64,000 bases of DNA from Haliotis rubra (Eukaryota), in NCBI RefSeq assembly GCF_003918875.1, contig NW_025766780.1, positions 3,472,001 through 3,536,000 of the forward strand. Reading direction: 5' to 3'. Made by a program: the position numbers and the translations under genes. The notes beneath the pieces are model-generated. The model did not search any database and had not been told where the DNA came from. It worked only from the letters and a program-made list of their open reading frames with translations. This document shows, piece after piece, positions 40,188 through 53,662 of the stretch (within the stretch, counting starts at the first letter, position 1; each line of letters starts with the position of its first letter).

Positions 40188-43100
40188 ATGAGTTACACAT
40201 TGCTCTTTATTGTTTTCTTCGTCCAGTTTGCCTGGCAGGAATCCACTGGCAGAGCTGAAGGTAGGGGTACTTCACTGTACTATCGGTGTCAGCTAATTCA
40301 TATGTCTTGTTGAGCGTGTGAACGTGTTCTCATCATAAACGAAGACGTCAGTTTCTTGAAGCATGCACTGCTTGTCGGGAGTAAGGACATACTTGTAGCG
40401 TTAGCTCCGTAGCATTGTGTGCATAATATGATAAATATGACATTGGAAGTGAGTAGTACGACTTAAAAAGCCACTGTCATACTGTCACACAGCCCATTGT
40501 CACGCAGGAGGTATGTATGTTATATAGAATCTCTCATATCGTCAAGGGTTGCCTTCCATTACTTTTCAAACACAAATTCGTGGTTGATTAGAACTATCGA
40601 TTTGAAAATCTACATTTTGTCACCTTACTATAATTCTGCAAGTAATAAAGTAACAATGCCCACCGACGATGACTGAGAAACAGTAAGTTTGCTATAAAGA
40701 CTAGCTCCAGGGCTGAAATCGGCTGTTTCAATCAGTGCATGTTGATTTGATATCTGTGATTGACTGATCAGAATAGAGTAATTTCTAAACACATGGTAGA
40801 ATATAGTTTACGCATATTTTACCGATCGAGACACTTGAAACTTGATTTTTCATACATACAAAATAATTAGTGATCAAGTCATAACAAGTTATGTCAAAGC
40901 ATGAAAGGTGTGCTCATGTTTTAGGTCCACTGCCGTTGCAATCACATCAAACATCTGGTTGTTATGGTAACGGGGATCTACAACGTGATTTCATAAATGC
41001 AGAGTGTCAGTGGTGAGCGGGTAGCAATGTACACCATACAACATGCTTCGAAACCCAGATCGACAGCATGTCCCACCGAGATGTTGAACGGGACCCTACA
41101 GGATTGCTGCGTGCCGGAGATCGGGGCCTGTGCCTTCCGTCTGCCTCACAACAACACGAGGGACTTCTTCACCAGCTGTACAGGATACAGACGCTGCAAT
41201 AAACCAGTCCGCATCTCCAGGTCCCGGCTGGTTACATCACCCACCTGTAGCACCACCCAACATCTGGAATACTCCAACTACATGATAGCTAACTTTTACT
41301 GCATAGCAGGTAACAAAAGGGCTTCCAACGAAATACACGTCGACCTGGTATGACTAGAAGATAAGAACGATAATGCATCTACTTACCATCTACATAGATG
41401 ATTGTGTACATGCCCTTCAAGTCTGAGCCCGTGAAGATCCGGGTTAGAATTGGTCTTCAGTAACTCATGCTTGTCGTAAGAGGCGACTAACGGGATATGG
41501 TGGTCAGGCTCGATGACTTGGTTGACACAAGTCATCGTACCCCAGTTGCGCAGATCGATGCTCATGCTGTTGATCACTGGATTGTCTGGTCCAGACTCGA
41601 TTACTTACAGACCAAGCCATATGGCTGGAATATTGCTGCGTGCGGCATTGAACAGCAAACCAACCAACCCTCAAGTAAGAAAGTACTATGCTTTGACATA
41701 TAGTTAATGAATCCTACTTCCAGTGATGCTGTACTCCGACGTTGACGAGACGTCTTCTGTGTAGATAGGATATATAAAAGGTAATTCATCTAGAGAACAG
41801 AGAATATGATGTTGTATTGTTGGGCACTGAACAATCATTAACTCATTCACCCAATACGTTTGTTGTTTTCAGAATCGTCCATGGTTTACATGGACGACAC
41901 AACTGAACGTACTCGGACATCATTATACCTTGCACACACGACGTACCCGGCTGTTGCACAGTTGACGACTACACATACTTGCTACATCAGTACATCTTGT
42001 GAAGATGTAATCCAGATCATGGCTATAGATCTTCACTTGAACTGCAGTAATTGGATGGAACTCTCGGACGACGGTACAGTGACGAACTTGTCCTGCAACG
42101 CCAACAATGATTACTACATGAGAACAATATACACAAGCTTCTCTAGCGCGGTTACCATCAGAACCGTGGGAGTCGGACCGCTTCGATTCTGGTTGCACAT
42201 TCAAGGTAACTCACTTGATGAAGTAGGGAGATGGACGCATAGAGTGAATGGTTGATAGAGATGTTTTAGTAGCTGGAACTAGTTAATACTGAAGGCCTTT
42301 TTAATAGTTTTACAAAATAATATTACCGAAGACTTGGGGCCATAGAGGGGAGATGTTCACATGGTGAATGGTTGGTATATGTGTTATAATAGCTGGAATA
42401 TTGGATCTCTTTTTAACAGTTTTACAAATGTTACCAAAGATGTCGGGTGAAGATACTTAACAGTGACAATCAAAGACAGCGCAGTTATGTATACTGTCAA
42501 CGGCATCAAGATAATAATATTTTTAAGTAAAGTGTAGATATTTATAATTTATAAAATTCCTGTTTTCTTAGCTTCTAGTCCAAACAGCAGTGTGACAGTG
42601 ACTTGCGGCCAAGTGGACGTGGGTAATACACACAGTGTATGCTCTAGCTCCACCATGGGCATTTCAAGCGATGTGTATGCGGATGTGTCACGGGGCACAT
42701 ACGTGTCAACATACGACCAGTTGCAGACCAGGAGCCTTGAGGTTGAATCAGGGTTAGACACCTACTCCCCATCACAGAGAGAACTGGAACCGTCTTTTTC
42801 TTTAACTATGTGGACGGATACAGCGCAGAACAGTTTCAAAAATGATCTTACCAGTGACTTGGAGACTGATTTTAGCTTGACTGAGAGTGATGACATAACT
42901 AGTCTTTCTACCAACGATAGAGACACTTTTGAGTTTGGAATAGTATCATCATATAAACCAAGTGATGTTTTTATTCAGGAAACCATGCTTCATCCAGGAT
43001 TTGATGCAAGTGTTCGAGGTAGTGGTTCTAATGTGTATGGAGTTGTATCTGAAAGCAGTGGTCATTTACCGATTCCTTCAACAGATTTGCACACGAAGAC

Positions 43101-46100
43101 GATTACCATGACACAGACTACGTCTGTTGATATTATGATCGCCAGCGCCATTGGCGTTGATGAAACAGACAGACTGTGGGACGATTCCAACTTCTACAAA
43201 ACAAGTTACCTTCCTGAACGTTGTTCAGATTCACCCTGTATAGCAACATATTCGACGATAACTGTAACGAAAACCATATATGTGTTAGATACATCCAGCT
43301 TTAATGCACCGTCTCATGTGCATCCAGTTTTCGATCGACTCTTAAGTCGATATGAAACCCTGCCATCAGCCTTACCTACTGACGTCACACAATCATTGAC
43401 CACTGGCCCCTTTAGTTCCACCTTACCTGCTACATCCGGGTCCCCAGGACACATTTCAGGTAACGTTATCTTTAAACAAGCTCACATCCTGAGTGTACAA
43501 TAACTTAGTCTGTTTGGGAGGTACAAGTGGTGAGTCTAAACATATAAGGTAAGGTTTTCAAGACGCTCATATAGAATTTAGTTTAGTTTAATAAGCATTG
43601 GTACGATATATTGGACTTAGTAGTTTACCCCGACCATTTTGTTTAATGCTGCAACAGTCCAACTGGATAACGGGTGCTTGAATATATTCGACACTGGACC
43701 AGACAAAATATTAGTTGATATTAGGAGCAACAGATTCCTTGTACACTCAACTTATGTTGATATAGGTCCTACGGTTACCCAGAATCCTAATATGGACACA
43801 TATTACGCCTAATACTGTGGAGATGCACTCATGTCAAGAGTTTTGGAGTGACCGAGTTTGGTTTTACGCCGCACTAAGCAGTATTCTAGCAATATGGTGG
43901 CAGCCTGTAAATAATTGAGTGTGGACCAGACAATCAACAGCATTAGCATCGATCTACGCATTTGGGATAGGATAGCCTGGGTCAACCAGACAACCCGATC
44001 CCGTTTGTCGCCTCTTACGACATGGGTTACTGAAGATTAATTCTAACCCGGAACTTCACGGATCTGTTTTGGATAGATATGTCGTAGTTAAACACTCTGA
44101 AAAACATCTTTGCAAGTATTCAAACCACATTTGGGTAATTCTTCAATTTATTACAAAACATCAACGTTCTAGAGTATAATGTTAAGGTTTAAGCAAATGA
44201 CGAACTTTCATCCTTATCTCACGAACTGGTTCATTCTGTATAAGATATATGGCTTGAGTTTTGTGATTTTTATCCTTGTCTTATTGTCCCTTTTACTTTT
44301 GACCAACTAGTTTTGAGTAAAATTGGTATATTTGATCTGATATTTAGATGCTGTTCTGTTACGATAGTTTTCGAGAGAACGCCATACAGAGAGTTACGTC
44401 AGACTTTCGGAACTTTACGTCAATAGTCTCATTTGCGCTTTCAAGTTCAATTTTCAATGTTTTAGAACCCGACTTTTTACTACTCTGTTTCATATCAGTG
44501 ACTGATTAAAGAACGGTGTCGGTAGAAATCCTCCAAAACACAACCTATCAGCAGACATGTTTCATTGATGGAAACACATATAAAGTATGCGTCTATCGAA
44601 TTGCAATCAGGAACATAATTTGGTTGAATGATATAAATTATCATTCCAATCCACAGCTAAGACTATTATTTGAAAAAAGACCCCAGGATATCTTTTTTGT
44701 CTGCAGCAATACTCGGAGGGGTATTTGGAAGTATCATTGGAGTCATAATCGTCCTCGGTTTTATCTTCAGAAGAAAGATTTGCAACAACAAAGTAAGTAT
44801 TGTCATCCGGACATAATTATGCTTAAAGTCACAACGGCAATATTTCTCGGCATATTTTGATTAGACCATTTACCGTTAATTCATGTCATACAGTGATAGC
44901 ATCGTTTTTTCACAAATAATTTTTTGGCAAAGCATATAATAGTAAAATAAACTTGGTTGTGAGCACTAAAATCTTTATCAAGGTAACACAATACACACCC
45001 GGGCTAGTGTACCGGTAACCAAAGTATGACGGGAACCAACGCGACCTTTGTTAATATGCTAGAGCAATCTGCAGGAACTGGTTCATCACTTCAATTCGCC
45101 ACTGATAGTTGATGTATACAAAATAATTCATATATAAAGTTCTTTAACGATAAAAGTCCAATCTAAAGTTTTGTCCAATACAAAGGATACACTATATTGA
45201 TACACTACGTCTTTATTGACGTTACACCTAGCTTCATGTTCGTATTAAGGGACCCATGAAGATCCGGGGTAGAATAGGTCTTCAGCAACCCATGCTTGCC
45301 ACAAAAGGCGACTATGCTTGTCGTAAGAGGCTCGCTGACTTGGTTGACACATGTCATCGGTTCCCAATTGCACAGATCGATGCTCATGCTGTTGATCACT
45401 GGATTGTCTGGTCCAGACTCGATTATGTACAGACCGCCGCCATACAGCTGGAATATTGCTGTGTGCGGCGTCAAACTAAACTCACTCATTCACTTACTCG
45501 TATTAAGGCATGCAGTGATTTACGGGAGTTACTTGTGTTTTCCTATTTGGTAGAGAATATTGCCTAAAAAGGCATTTACTAAGAACAGATCGGCGTGGGG
45601 GCAAAATTAGTTGCACACACTAAAGCCAACATTAAGCTAGCACATAAACCTGTATCATATGCAATGTGTTTTAGTGATGTTCCTTCTCAGAGTACATGTC
45701 ATCTGTCTTCTATTAGTTACACACCAACCCGTCACTAAACAAGCAAAGGCATGGGTCACCATTACTCCGTAAATCGAATTAAGTACTCACGGTTGATGTG
45801 AAAATGTGAATATATCACCCATAATGATAACCTGGTGTGATGCACATTTACGGAAATATATCTTTCTTTATTACCCGAATTCTCCATATTGTTCCTGCAG
45901 GTTGCTTCAGCGAAAGACGTGGAGGGAGTTGACGACGGTGTACAAGAGGGATCTCAGGGGCAAAATGATGTCTCAGAATCGACGAATCTTTTTCAGGGAA
46001 ACGATTTTTGCCTAAAACACAGATTCCACCCCTCGTGACACAACAGTTGCAGATACCCCGGAATCATGTTGGCGGAGGTAATCGGGTAACACAACTTCCG

Positions 46101-46613
46101 CCATTACAAGGAGCAGTACCTTCACGAGGACTACTGAACACCTTGAACACCGAGAGTCTGATACAGCCTCTTGGACATAGCAGTCAAACTATTTCTTCAG
46201 CATCTGCATCTACATTTACCCCACGAACAGGAACACTGCCGACATTAAGAATCCTACGAGATACACCTCCCAATATCAACCCTGATACAGAATGTTTATC
46301 TCAGCAAGTTGAAGAGCTGGGGATGTATGCAGATGTAACACCACTCGATTCGAGCCGTGTAATGGAAGAAGAGGCTGCGAAGAAAAAGACGAAGAAGAGG
46401 AAAAAGAGGAAACTTAAGAAAAGTAGAAGCGAGAACATATTAAAGAATAAAACAATAGCGGAAACTTCACCTGTGTCGCATCGTCCATCTGGTGAGAATG
46501 TTCTAGATCATGTTGACTCACTGGACAATACAACCGGGCAAAAGAAAACGAAAAGAAAACACAAGAAACGTAAACAAGAAGAGGAAACATCTGCGCCGGT
46601 TGATCCTGTCTAG
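40188..46613 (+). CDS. Paralog 3: type I membrane protein (signal, SUEL-like, CUB-like, acidic S/T stalk, TM, Pro/Lys-rich tail); two frameshifts as assembled
   Basis: Exons: 40188-40260 (MSYTLLFIVFFVQFAWQESTGRAE), 40925-41309, 41873-42205, 42572-43459, 44707-44792 (TM AILGGVFGSIIGVIIVLGFIF), 45901-46613. Frameshifts at about 41007 and in the T5 run at about 46005-46009. Confidence 0.75.
40925..41309 (+). CDS. Paralog 3 exon: SUEL/Gal_lectin-like domain
   Basis: SGCYGN..EC..TACP..QDCC..GAC..SCTGYRRC..PTC..SNYMIANFYC. Confidence 0.75.
41427..41669 (+). mobile_element. SINE family B
   Basis: Full-length copy in a paralog 3 intron. Confidence 0.85.
41873..42205 (+). CDS. Paralog 3 exon: CUB-like domain
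   Basis: LYLAHTTYP..HTCYI..IQIMAIDLHL.C..LSD..LSC..IYTS..RFWLHIQ. Confidence 0.75.
42572..43459 (+). CDS. Paralog 3 exon: S/T/D-rich stalk
   Basis: Begins ASSPNSSVTVTCG, the start conserved among paralogs; ORF 42592; donor at 43460. Confidence 0.75.
43848..44063 (-). mobile_element. SINE family B
   Basis: Reverse copy. Confidence 0.8.
45250..45493 (+). mobile_element. SINE family B
   Basis: Copy with a duplicated head hairpin (gcttgccacaaaaggcgact and gcttgtcgtaagagg). Confidence 0.85.
45901..46613 (+). CDS. Paralog 3 terminal exon: cytoplasmic tail with LPPL and poly-Lys blocks
   Basis: Acceptor ctgcag at 45900. ORF 46008-46613 is reached only after a 1-nt correction in the T run. Confidence 0.62.
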
Positions 46614-46786
46614 GAGGTTGAAGATGAGCAAAATATGAATAGCTTTGACATATGACGTAAAACACCGGATCACATGTGTGGGTTCCTCGTAGGTCGTCAT
46701 GAGGGTTGTCTGTAACTAACTTGCAACTAGATAGACGGAACTGTTACGTCTTATTGTTTTCTGGTTTGTTTGTTCTACCAATTGTT

Positions 46787-46993
46787 AAGCTATCTGTGTT
46801 GATTTGCCAGACAAAGAACAATTGCTGAGCTATGTTGATTTGCCAGACAAGGAACGGTTGTTGAGCTATGTTGATTTCACAGACAAGGAACACTTATTGT
46901 TCAGCTATGTTGATTTCCCAGACAAGGAATATGAGCTATGTTGATTTCCCAGACAAGGAACGGTTGTTGAGCTATGTTGATTTTCCAGACAAG
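46787..46993. repeat. ~36-bp tandem repeat in putative 3' UTR of paralog 3
   Basis: gagctatgttgatttcccagacaaggaac.. about 6 copies. Confidence 0.8.
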
Positions 46994-47275
46994 CATGTCG
47001 GGAAGACGATATTTTCGGACTAACAGGTTTTAAGCAATGTACTGTTTAATATCTAAGAGGTAAACAAAATCGAATTACCTTCAAGGTCTTAGTGATCTCT
47101 GACGGGATCCATGTTCAACACCACCCTTAGGATTGCTAAGCTTTATTGTTTGACAACTAATATATCAGTATTCATCATATTTGTATTGTGTATTTCATTT
47201 ATTTGATTTGATGTATAATTTTATACAATTTATCATTTTATAGTCTCTCATAACCCATTTTGGGTGGTTCACTTT

Positions 47276-47333
<58 letters not shown>

Positions 47334-48056
47334 CATAAGATTTTATGTTTTTGTACCATATGTATTTTATGTATAAATTGAGGTGAGACTTGAATAAATT
47401 ATCTGTCTGTCACATTTGTTATATGAGTGACGAATCCGCGTTATTCAATCGGAAAGTCGTGATTAACTGTGGGCTGTTCCCTACATAATATAAACATTTT
47501 TTTAGAAGCATAGTCAATGCGCTGAATAGCTGCCCAAGTGGGGTAATAGGGACGGACAGATGTTGTTTTATGTCTACCATTTGACAGTTGAGAGTGGTCT
47601 GTGTTGTCTATTTGGTAACTGTGTTAAGCCTGCACAGAGAGTGGTGTTAACTCAATCGAACCGATACAACAGTTTGAAATTGAAATACATTGCACAAATG
47701 TAACTAGCATATCACTGCGTTATGTTTTGCTGAACATTCAAGCTGTCTGTAACGAAATCAATGCCGAAATATCGCGTGTCATTCTGCACTTTGAGCACAA
47801 GATTATTGACCAGTTGAAGGTAATTTGACGCAACCCAGGGGGGGTATCTACTGGAGTATACCTCAAGGCACCTGTCCCCTACTTTTCTGACACATCAGAA
47901 TATAGAACTACTGGAGCTTGGCGTGATCTATTTGATTACCCTTGACATAAAGTGTGCTTTAAGTTGTTCACTATACACTAAGCCAGGTACATGGAATACC
48001 GGAATACATGACATGCGTAACTTACGTAAGGTTTAATATGTTGGTCTCTTTGCCTA

Positions 48057-48176
48057 GAGTAAGTGACTGACTTATATCTTAAGCCTCTTTTTAGCAATGC
48101 ACCAACAATACAACGGTAGGGTACACCAGAAATGGGCTTCACACATTGTACCCATGTCGGGAATCGAACCCGGGTA
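48057..48176 (-). mobile_element. tRNA-derived SINE (family A), partial
   Basis: accagaaatgggcttcacacattgtacccatg..gaatcgaacccggg. Confidence 0.75.
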
Positions 48177-48678
48177 TATCATCTGGTGCTTTTAAAATCC
48201 TTTTTTGCAACAAGTGCCATGTGGCAGCAATTGTAAATAGAACGTATACCATTTCACATTAGTGTCACACAATATTATACCATTTTAACGGCTCTACCAT
48301 TTAGCATGCATACTTCCGTGTGATGATTATGCGCTACCCATGGCGAGAAAATAAAACAAAATTGCATATCTTGTGACACTCAGACCTTCTGTTTTATGTC
48401 CTGCAAAGCGTGAATCATTCAACTGACCTTCTTGAATAGATCACACGAAGCGTAATTGTTAAATGACCCGATTAGCTCAATTCTTAGTAATTACTGTGGC
48501 CCAGAATACCCAGAAAACGTTCTTGGCTCAGCTCATTGGTTGTTTTCAACCAGGACGTTTTGGGTGTATAGAGTACGTTAATGAAACGTCTATGAGCTCT
48601 TAGCAAAATAACTGTCCAAGTGGCATGCATAAATGCTTACGTTTACTTACTAGAAGGAGAAAAGAAACTCATGTAACA

Positions 48679-51600
48679 ATGCATACCCTAATGTGCCAAT
48701 ATGCATTATGGTTTTCCATATTATTTCTACCACAACATGCAGCTAAAACTGGTAAGTGTACGAAAATCAACTTAATATTAAATCTGTTTTTGATATATCC
48801 CATGTAAAATTGAAATATAACGTTCTTGGCATATTTTTGAGATTTTATAATCTTAAACTTATGAATGCATGATCTAAAAATTTTGTTTCCAGCAGGATTA
48901 TCGGTTCCGGCTCAAGTCAGTACAGGTTGCCATGGGAACACACATGGTGATTTTCTTATCCCTGCATGTGCAAACCAGACTATCATTGCAGTGGCTGGTG
49001 TTTATGCTATGGTGAAGAAGGAAGACACCGGGTGTCCTGAGGCTGCAACAGAAACAAACAGGGATGAAGCAAAGTGTTGTACCTACGACTCCAGAGACTG
49101 TAAGCTGTTGTATCTGGCTTCAGAAATGTCCTTCTATGAAGATTGCACGGGAGTTTACACGTGCAAGATGAAGGTAGCTACACAGCTGACCCAGGGTTGT
49201 AACGATGTTGGATACTTCTTAAGATCCAACTACATGATGATGGAATATCTCTGTATACCAAGTACGTACCATCTTAACCTCTTCTTACTTTTAATATTCA
49301 ATATGTCTTCGTCATTACGGAGGTAGAACTTCGTAGAAGATTTCTACATTTAAACTCAAATGGTGGTCCTGTGCATAGGGCTCAGGTCACAATTCAGTTG
49401 AAGTTAAGCAGCATTGAGCTCAGAGAGTCCTTTTGGGGTGGGTAACCGTGTTTGGCAGCTTGACTCCTGAGAGTCTCCAGTACTTCAGTCCTGCCCCACA
49501 ACGAAACACATGTGATACATGTGGTCTCACCTTAGGCAAGTTAGTTTGTTCAAAATTGCCTCTGTTCATCCAGCAGAGAATGGGTACCCGGTGGGATAAG
49601 TCATGTGACTATAACCTTAAGCTTCTAGCGCCTAAAAGGCAGCTTGGGTTAACAGGGGTAATAATGTTGTGATGTTTGTGCGCGCTTTGAGCACGCCCTT
49701 TTGTGGTGTAGAGTATTGCGCGGTATAAGTACCCTCAGTTATATTATCATCATCATGGTGTGTACGCGTGCTTCGCGACAAGCGTGACTGTGTTAATTTG
49801 ATGTAACTCAGTTTATTATTCCAACTCCACCATGATCTGTCAGCCTTATAGGTATAGGTTTTTCGTGTTCAATTAAAACACGACTGAAGTCTTTGAAGGG
49901 GATTTAGTCAGGTTGAAGAAAAAACGACATGAAAAACGGTAGCTTATCACAGGATTTCCTACGTCTGAAAACGAGGCACATTGAGTCCCTAGTAACTCAT
50001 ATCGCATAGATGAAATAAAAGATACCCTGTCTGTACACCAGCCTGAATGTTGCCTGCAAGGTTGATTGTGGTACTGGTTAACTGTATGTACATGTGATAG
50101 TTACACGGACGGCTCGTCTCGTGCAATCCAGATGCGCTATCAGTTTAAGATTGGACAATCCGGGTCAGCGCACGTCAGGGTTTAATGACGGGAAGATAAA
50201 TAGAGAAAGATCGCCCGTTATGGTCAACCAAAATATATAATTATGCAAAAATGGTCATTTTAAAGAGCTCAATGTGATCTCCCCTCGTTCTAGGAGTGAC
50301 TNNNNNNNNNNNNNNNNNNNNNNNNNNNNNNNNNNNNNNNNNNNNNNNNNNNNNNNNNNNNNNNNNNNNNNNNNNNNNNNNNNNNNNNNNNNNNNNNNNN
50401 NNNNNNNNNNNNNNNNNNNNNNNNNNNNNNATATATATGTTTGTCCGTTGTTTAACGCCGCACTCAGCAATATTCCAGCTATATGACGCCGGTCTGTAAA
50501 TAATCGAGTTTGGGCCATGCAATCCAGGGGTTGACATAACGAGTATCTATCTGGGATAAGATGACATGTGTCAACCAAGTCAACAAGCCTGAACATAATA
50601 ACCACCCTTACGACTGTAACGATGGGTTACTGACGACCAGTTCTAACCCGGATCTTCACGAGTACCAACGTATATTATCACATAATCAATGGTATGAAAC
50701 TTAGTTACTATACCCGGACATGCTGAAACAGTATGACACGCGTAATCGTGTATTTGTACTATTTGGCAACATGGTCATACGTTTTAAACTAATTTAAGGC
50801 TTATCTTGGTTTTAAAAGGATAAAAACGAGGTCCGAGTTCGAGTTCAATTGATGTCAATTGATGTCAACTCTGTTCTGATTTCTAGTTAAGGTTCATTAA
50901 CCACTTTCGTTTTGTGTCGACATAGACAACACGTGTACTCATCTTCTCTGTTGATATCAAATTATATAAAATGATATCATATTTGGTAGGATCTCTGACG
51001 TTGGAGGGAGTGGAAGATGCAAGTGTCTCCGGCACGTCGGTGTATCTCAAAAGCAAGGATTATCCTGCTGGTATCCCAGCTGGTACTGAGGTAAGCTGTT
51101 CCGTAGCCGCATCCTGTCGCCATCACCGCAATCCACGTGGATCTTGGATCTTCAGAACGATAGCAGTGGATCGTGTCAGCAGCGTCTCAACATTAAAGAC
51201 AACGATGAAGAAATGCAAATAGATTGCGGCAGCAACAACGGGGACACCTTTAAGATAACTGAGGCCTTCAAGAGCAAATCTCATTTTCTGGTGATCACCT
51301 TCTTGAATAACAACAGTGGAAATACTGGACGCTACTGGCTTGAAATAAAGTGTATGTTGTGTTATTATCTTTGTGTGTGTTGAGTAGAAGTGAGGTTAGT
51401 TTTGTATAGGTATTGTTTCAGACATATAGCGATCCCTTTCAAATATCAGAGTACACGGGTTTGTTTCGCTCCAAAGTTCGACGCAGTCAACACATTGCCG
51501 GTTTTGTCCGAAACTAATTAGAATTTATTAATATTTTGGTAGTCGTATATCAGTTTTGTTTTTACATTACATATAGAATGCATAAACATTATTAGTTACG

Positions 51601-53150
51601 AAAGTACATCAGATATAATACCTAACATGCTTATTCTGAAGAAAGTATACTCCGCGGAATAGGTGGTCATTTCCTTTCTGACATTGCTTTCACTACAAAG
51701 TGGATTTTCAATAATATTTCCATTATAATTTACATGAAGACGTATGGCTACAGTTGGTAATTTAAATTACTTCGTTCCATACTTTCATTTCAGCTGAAGC
51801 AAATGGTGCAACTGTGGAAATGACGTGTGGAAATGACGCAGCATCTACCCCTCCAACTGTTGACAAGTGTACAGATAACAGTACTGATCATTCTAAAGGG
51901 CCTGCTACTGTCACAGAGGATCCCGTCATGTCAGAATTAAGTAAGAACTAGATTCATAGCTCATTTTCTACTACGAAGAGAAGGTGGTTGATGTGTTTTC
52001 TCCTGGGAAGAAATGCCCATATTATTTGACAGTTATAGAATTCTGGAACTGTAAACTCAATACAATTATTTTATTAGATGCCTTCTAGTCTTGTGGTCAT
52101 ATTCTATCAGCCAGTTCATCAATTGATTCAGAACGTGAGATTAGTAGGTGCTATGCATGTACATTTCATACCAAAGGCAACACACACATTAACATGGACA
52201 TTTATCTTCAATTTGTTTCAAACATTTTAAATAATTATTCTTCTAATTTCAGACAAATATAAGTATGCTACGATTGGTCTAGGTGTTGCCGTAGCTATGT
52301 TCGTCACTGTCATAGTGTGTGGGTTCCTCGTCAAATGTCTGAAGGCCTTAAAGCAGTCTAATAAGGTAAGGCAATTCAGCATCAGGCCTTTGAAGTCAAC
52401 ATAATTATGTTTTTGATGTCTCATATAATTTTCAAAGATCTTCAAGACCATCTCAAACCGTACCCTCTATTTCAAATATGTGGGGGGCGGTAGGGTAGCC
52501 TAGTGGTTAACGCGTTCGTTCGTCACGCCGAAGGCCCGGGTTCGATTCTCCACATGGGTAAAATTTGTGAAGCCCATTTCTGGTGTCCCCCGCAGTGATA
52601 TTGCTGGAATGTTGCTAAAAACGGCGTAAAACCATACTCAGTCAGTCAGTCAGTCAAATATGTGAACTGAAAACGGAAGTAAATGGATAACATGATTGCT
52701 ACCACACTCATTATTTTATTGAGGTAAGTAGCAACTTTAACTTAAACTTAAACACCTGGCCATTTGTGCTACTGCCATGTATCTCCGTGATGTCAGCTTC
52801 ACAGCAATCATTTACCCAATACGGCAGCCTGTTTTCAACAAACAAATTATTCCATTATCATTTCTGCACACATATGGCCAATGATATGTAAGGAACGTAG
52901 CACCTGTAGCACCTGTATCTAATTACTCTTTCTTCTATAAATATATCCTAATTGGTATCACTTTCCCTTTTCACTCACAGCAATACGATATACCTGTCCA
53001 AATATGTAACTGGTATAGTCACGATGTATACTTGCAAACGTGGTGAAAGAATTGCTTTCATTTATTGTAAACCGTACTGATTTTCAGACAAAAGTCAAGC
53101 CCATCACCAAGAGATCCGATGGGTTTGGTGACCAGCAGGTAAAAAGTTAA
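48679..53150 (+). CDS. Paralog 4: type I membrane protein (signal, SUEL-like, CUB-like, short stalk, TM, very short tail); disrupted CUB exon, possible pseudogene
   Basis: Exons: 48679-48751 (in-frame ATGs also at 48625 and 48691), 48893/48896-49261, 50990-51351, 51794-51940, 52253-52365 (TM YATIGLGVAVAMFVTVIVCGFLV), 53088-53150. Confidence 0.75.
48893..49261 (+). CDS. Paralog 4 exon: SUEL/Gal_lectin-like domain
   Basis: TGCHGN..PAC..TGCP..AKCC..RDC..DCTGVYTC..QGC..SNYMMMEYLC; intact frame; NAGNAG acceptor. Confidence 0.8.
49435..49755 (+). mobile_element. SINE with core/Deu-like domain and L2-type tail
   Basis: ccttaggcaagttagttt..catccagcagagaatgggtacc..gcgctttgagc..gcgcggtataagt..(atc)n. 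Confidence 0.55.
50437..50662 (-). mobile_element. SINE family B
   Basis: Reverse copy. Confidence 0.8.
50990..51351 (+). CDS. Paralog 4 exon: CUB-like domain (frame disrupted)
   Basis: VYLKSKDYP..VSCSV (ORF 50971) joined to DLQND..SCQQRLNIKD..IDC..RYWLEIK (ORF 51144). Confidence 0.7.
52483..52653 (+). mobile_element. tRNA-derived SINE (family A)
   Basis: Full copy; 11-bp TSD tcaaatatgtg at 52472 and 52654. Confidence 0.85.
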
Positions 53151-53662
53151 CTACTAGTATGCGTCGACAACCTTCTTTGTGTACACATCTTGAAGCGCTG
53201 TTATCTGTTACAGACAAATCAGGATATCAATTACCTAATAACCTTACTCCCATACTTAAATCCTCAACATTGGTTGCTTGAATGTTCAAAAGATCATTTA
53301 TTTATTGAATATTTTTTAATCTGCAACATTAAATTACTTCCTTGAGTAACAATATATACTCATGCCAATAATGGTTGTCATCCCCTTCAATATTTTTCAT
53401 TGGAGAGGGGTTGTGGGGTTGTGGGTTGTGGGTTGTGGGTGTGGGGTGTTTGTGGGGTTGGGGTCCAATAGTATGACCAGAAATATTTGAGAATTTTAGG
53501 AATATGTTTAATTGGATTTCTAGTATAAACAACCTTGACCTGCTATCAAGTGCTTGGTTTCATTCAATAGAAACAACTCCGTTAATCCTTTATCATTAGT
53601 TTGTGAAGAGTTATCCCCCTTTGTTTACTTGCTAGCAGACGACATTTTCAGAGATCCTCAGT

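Noticed and set aside
44499-44584. Extra pre-TM exon of paralog 3
   Set aside because: It has an acceptor and a donor but an in-frame TAA (44507) and a phase-0 end incompatible with the TM exon. The stalk exon splices in frame directly to 44707.
45205-45567. Recurrent short ORFs such as MLMLLITGLSGPDSI (also 13392, 24352, 41513)
   Set aside because: Translations of SINE family B, not a gene family.
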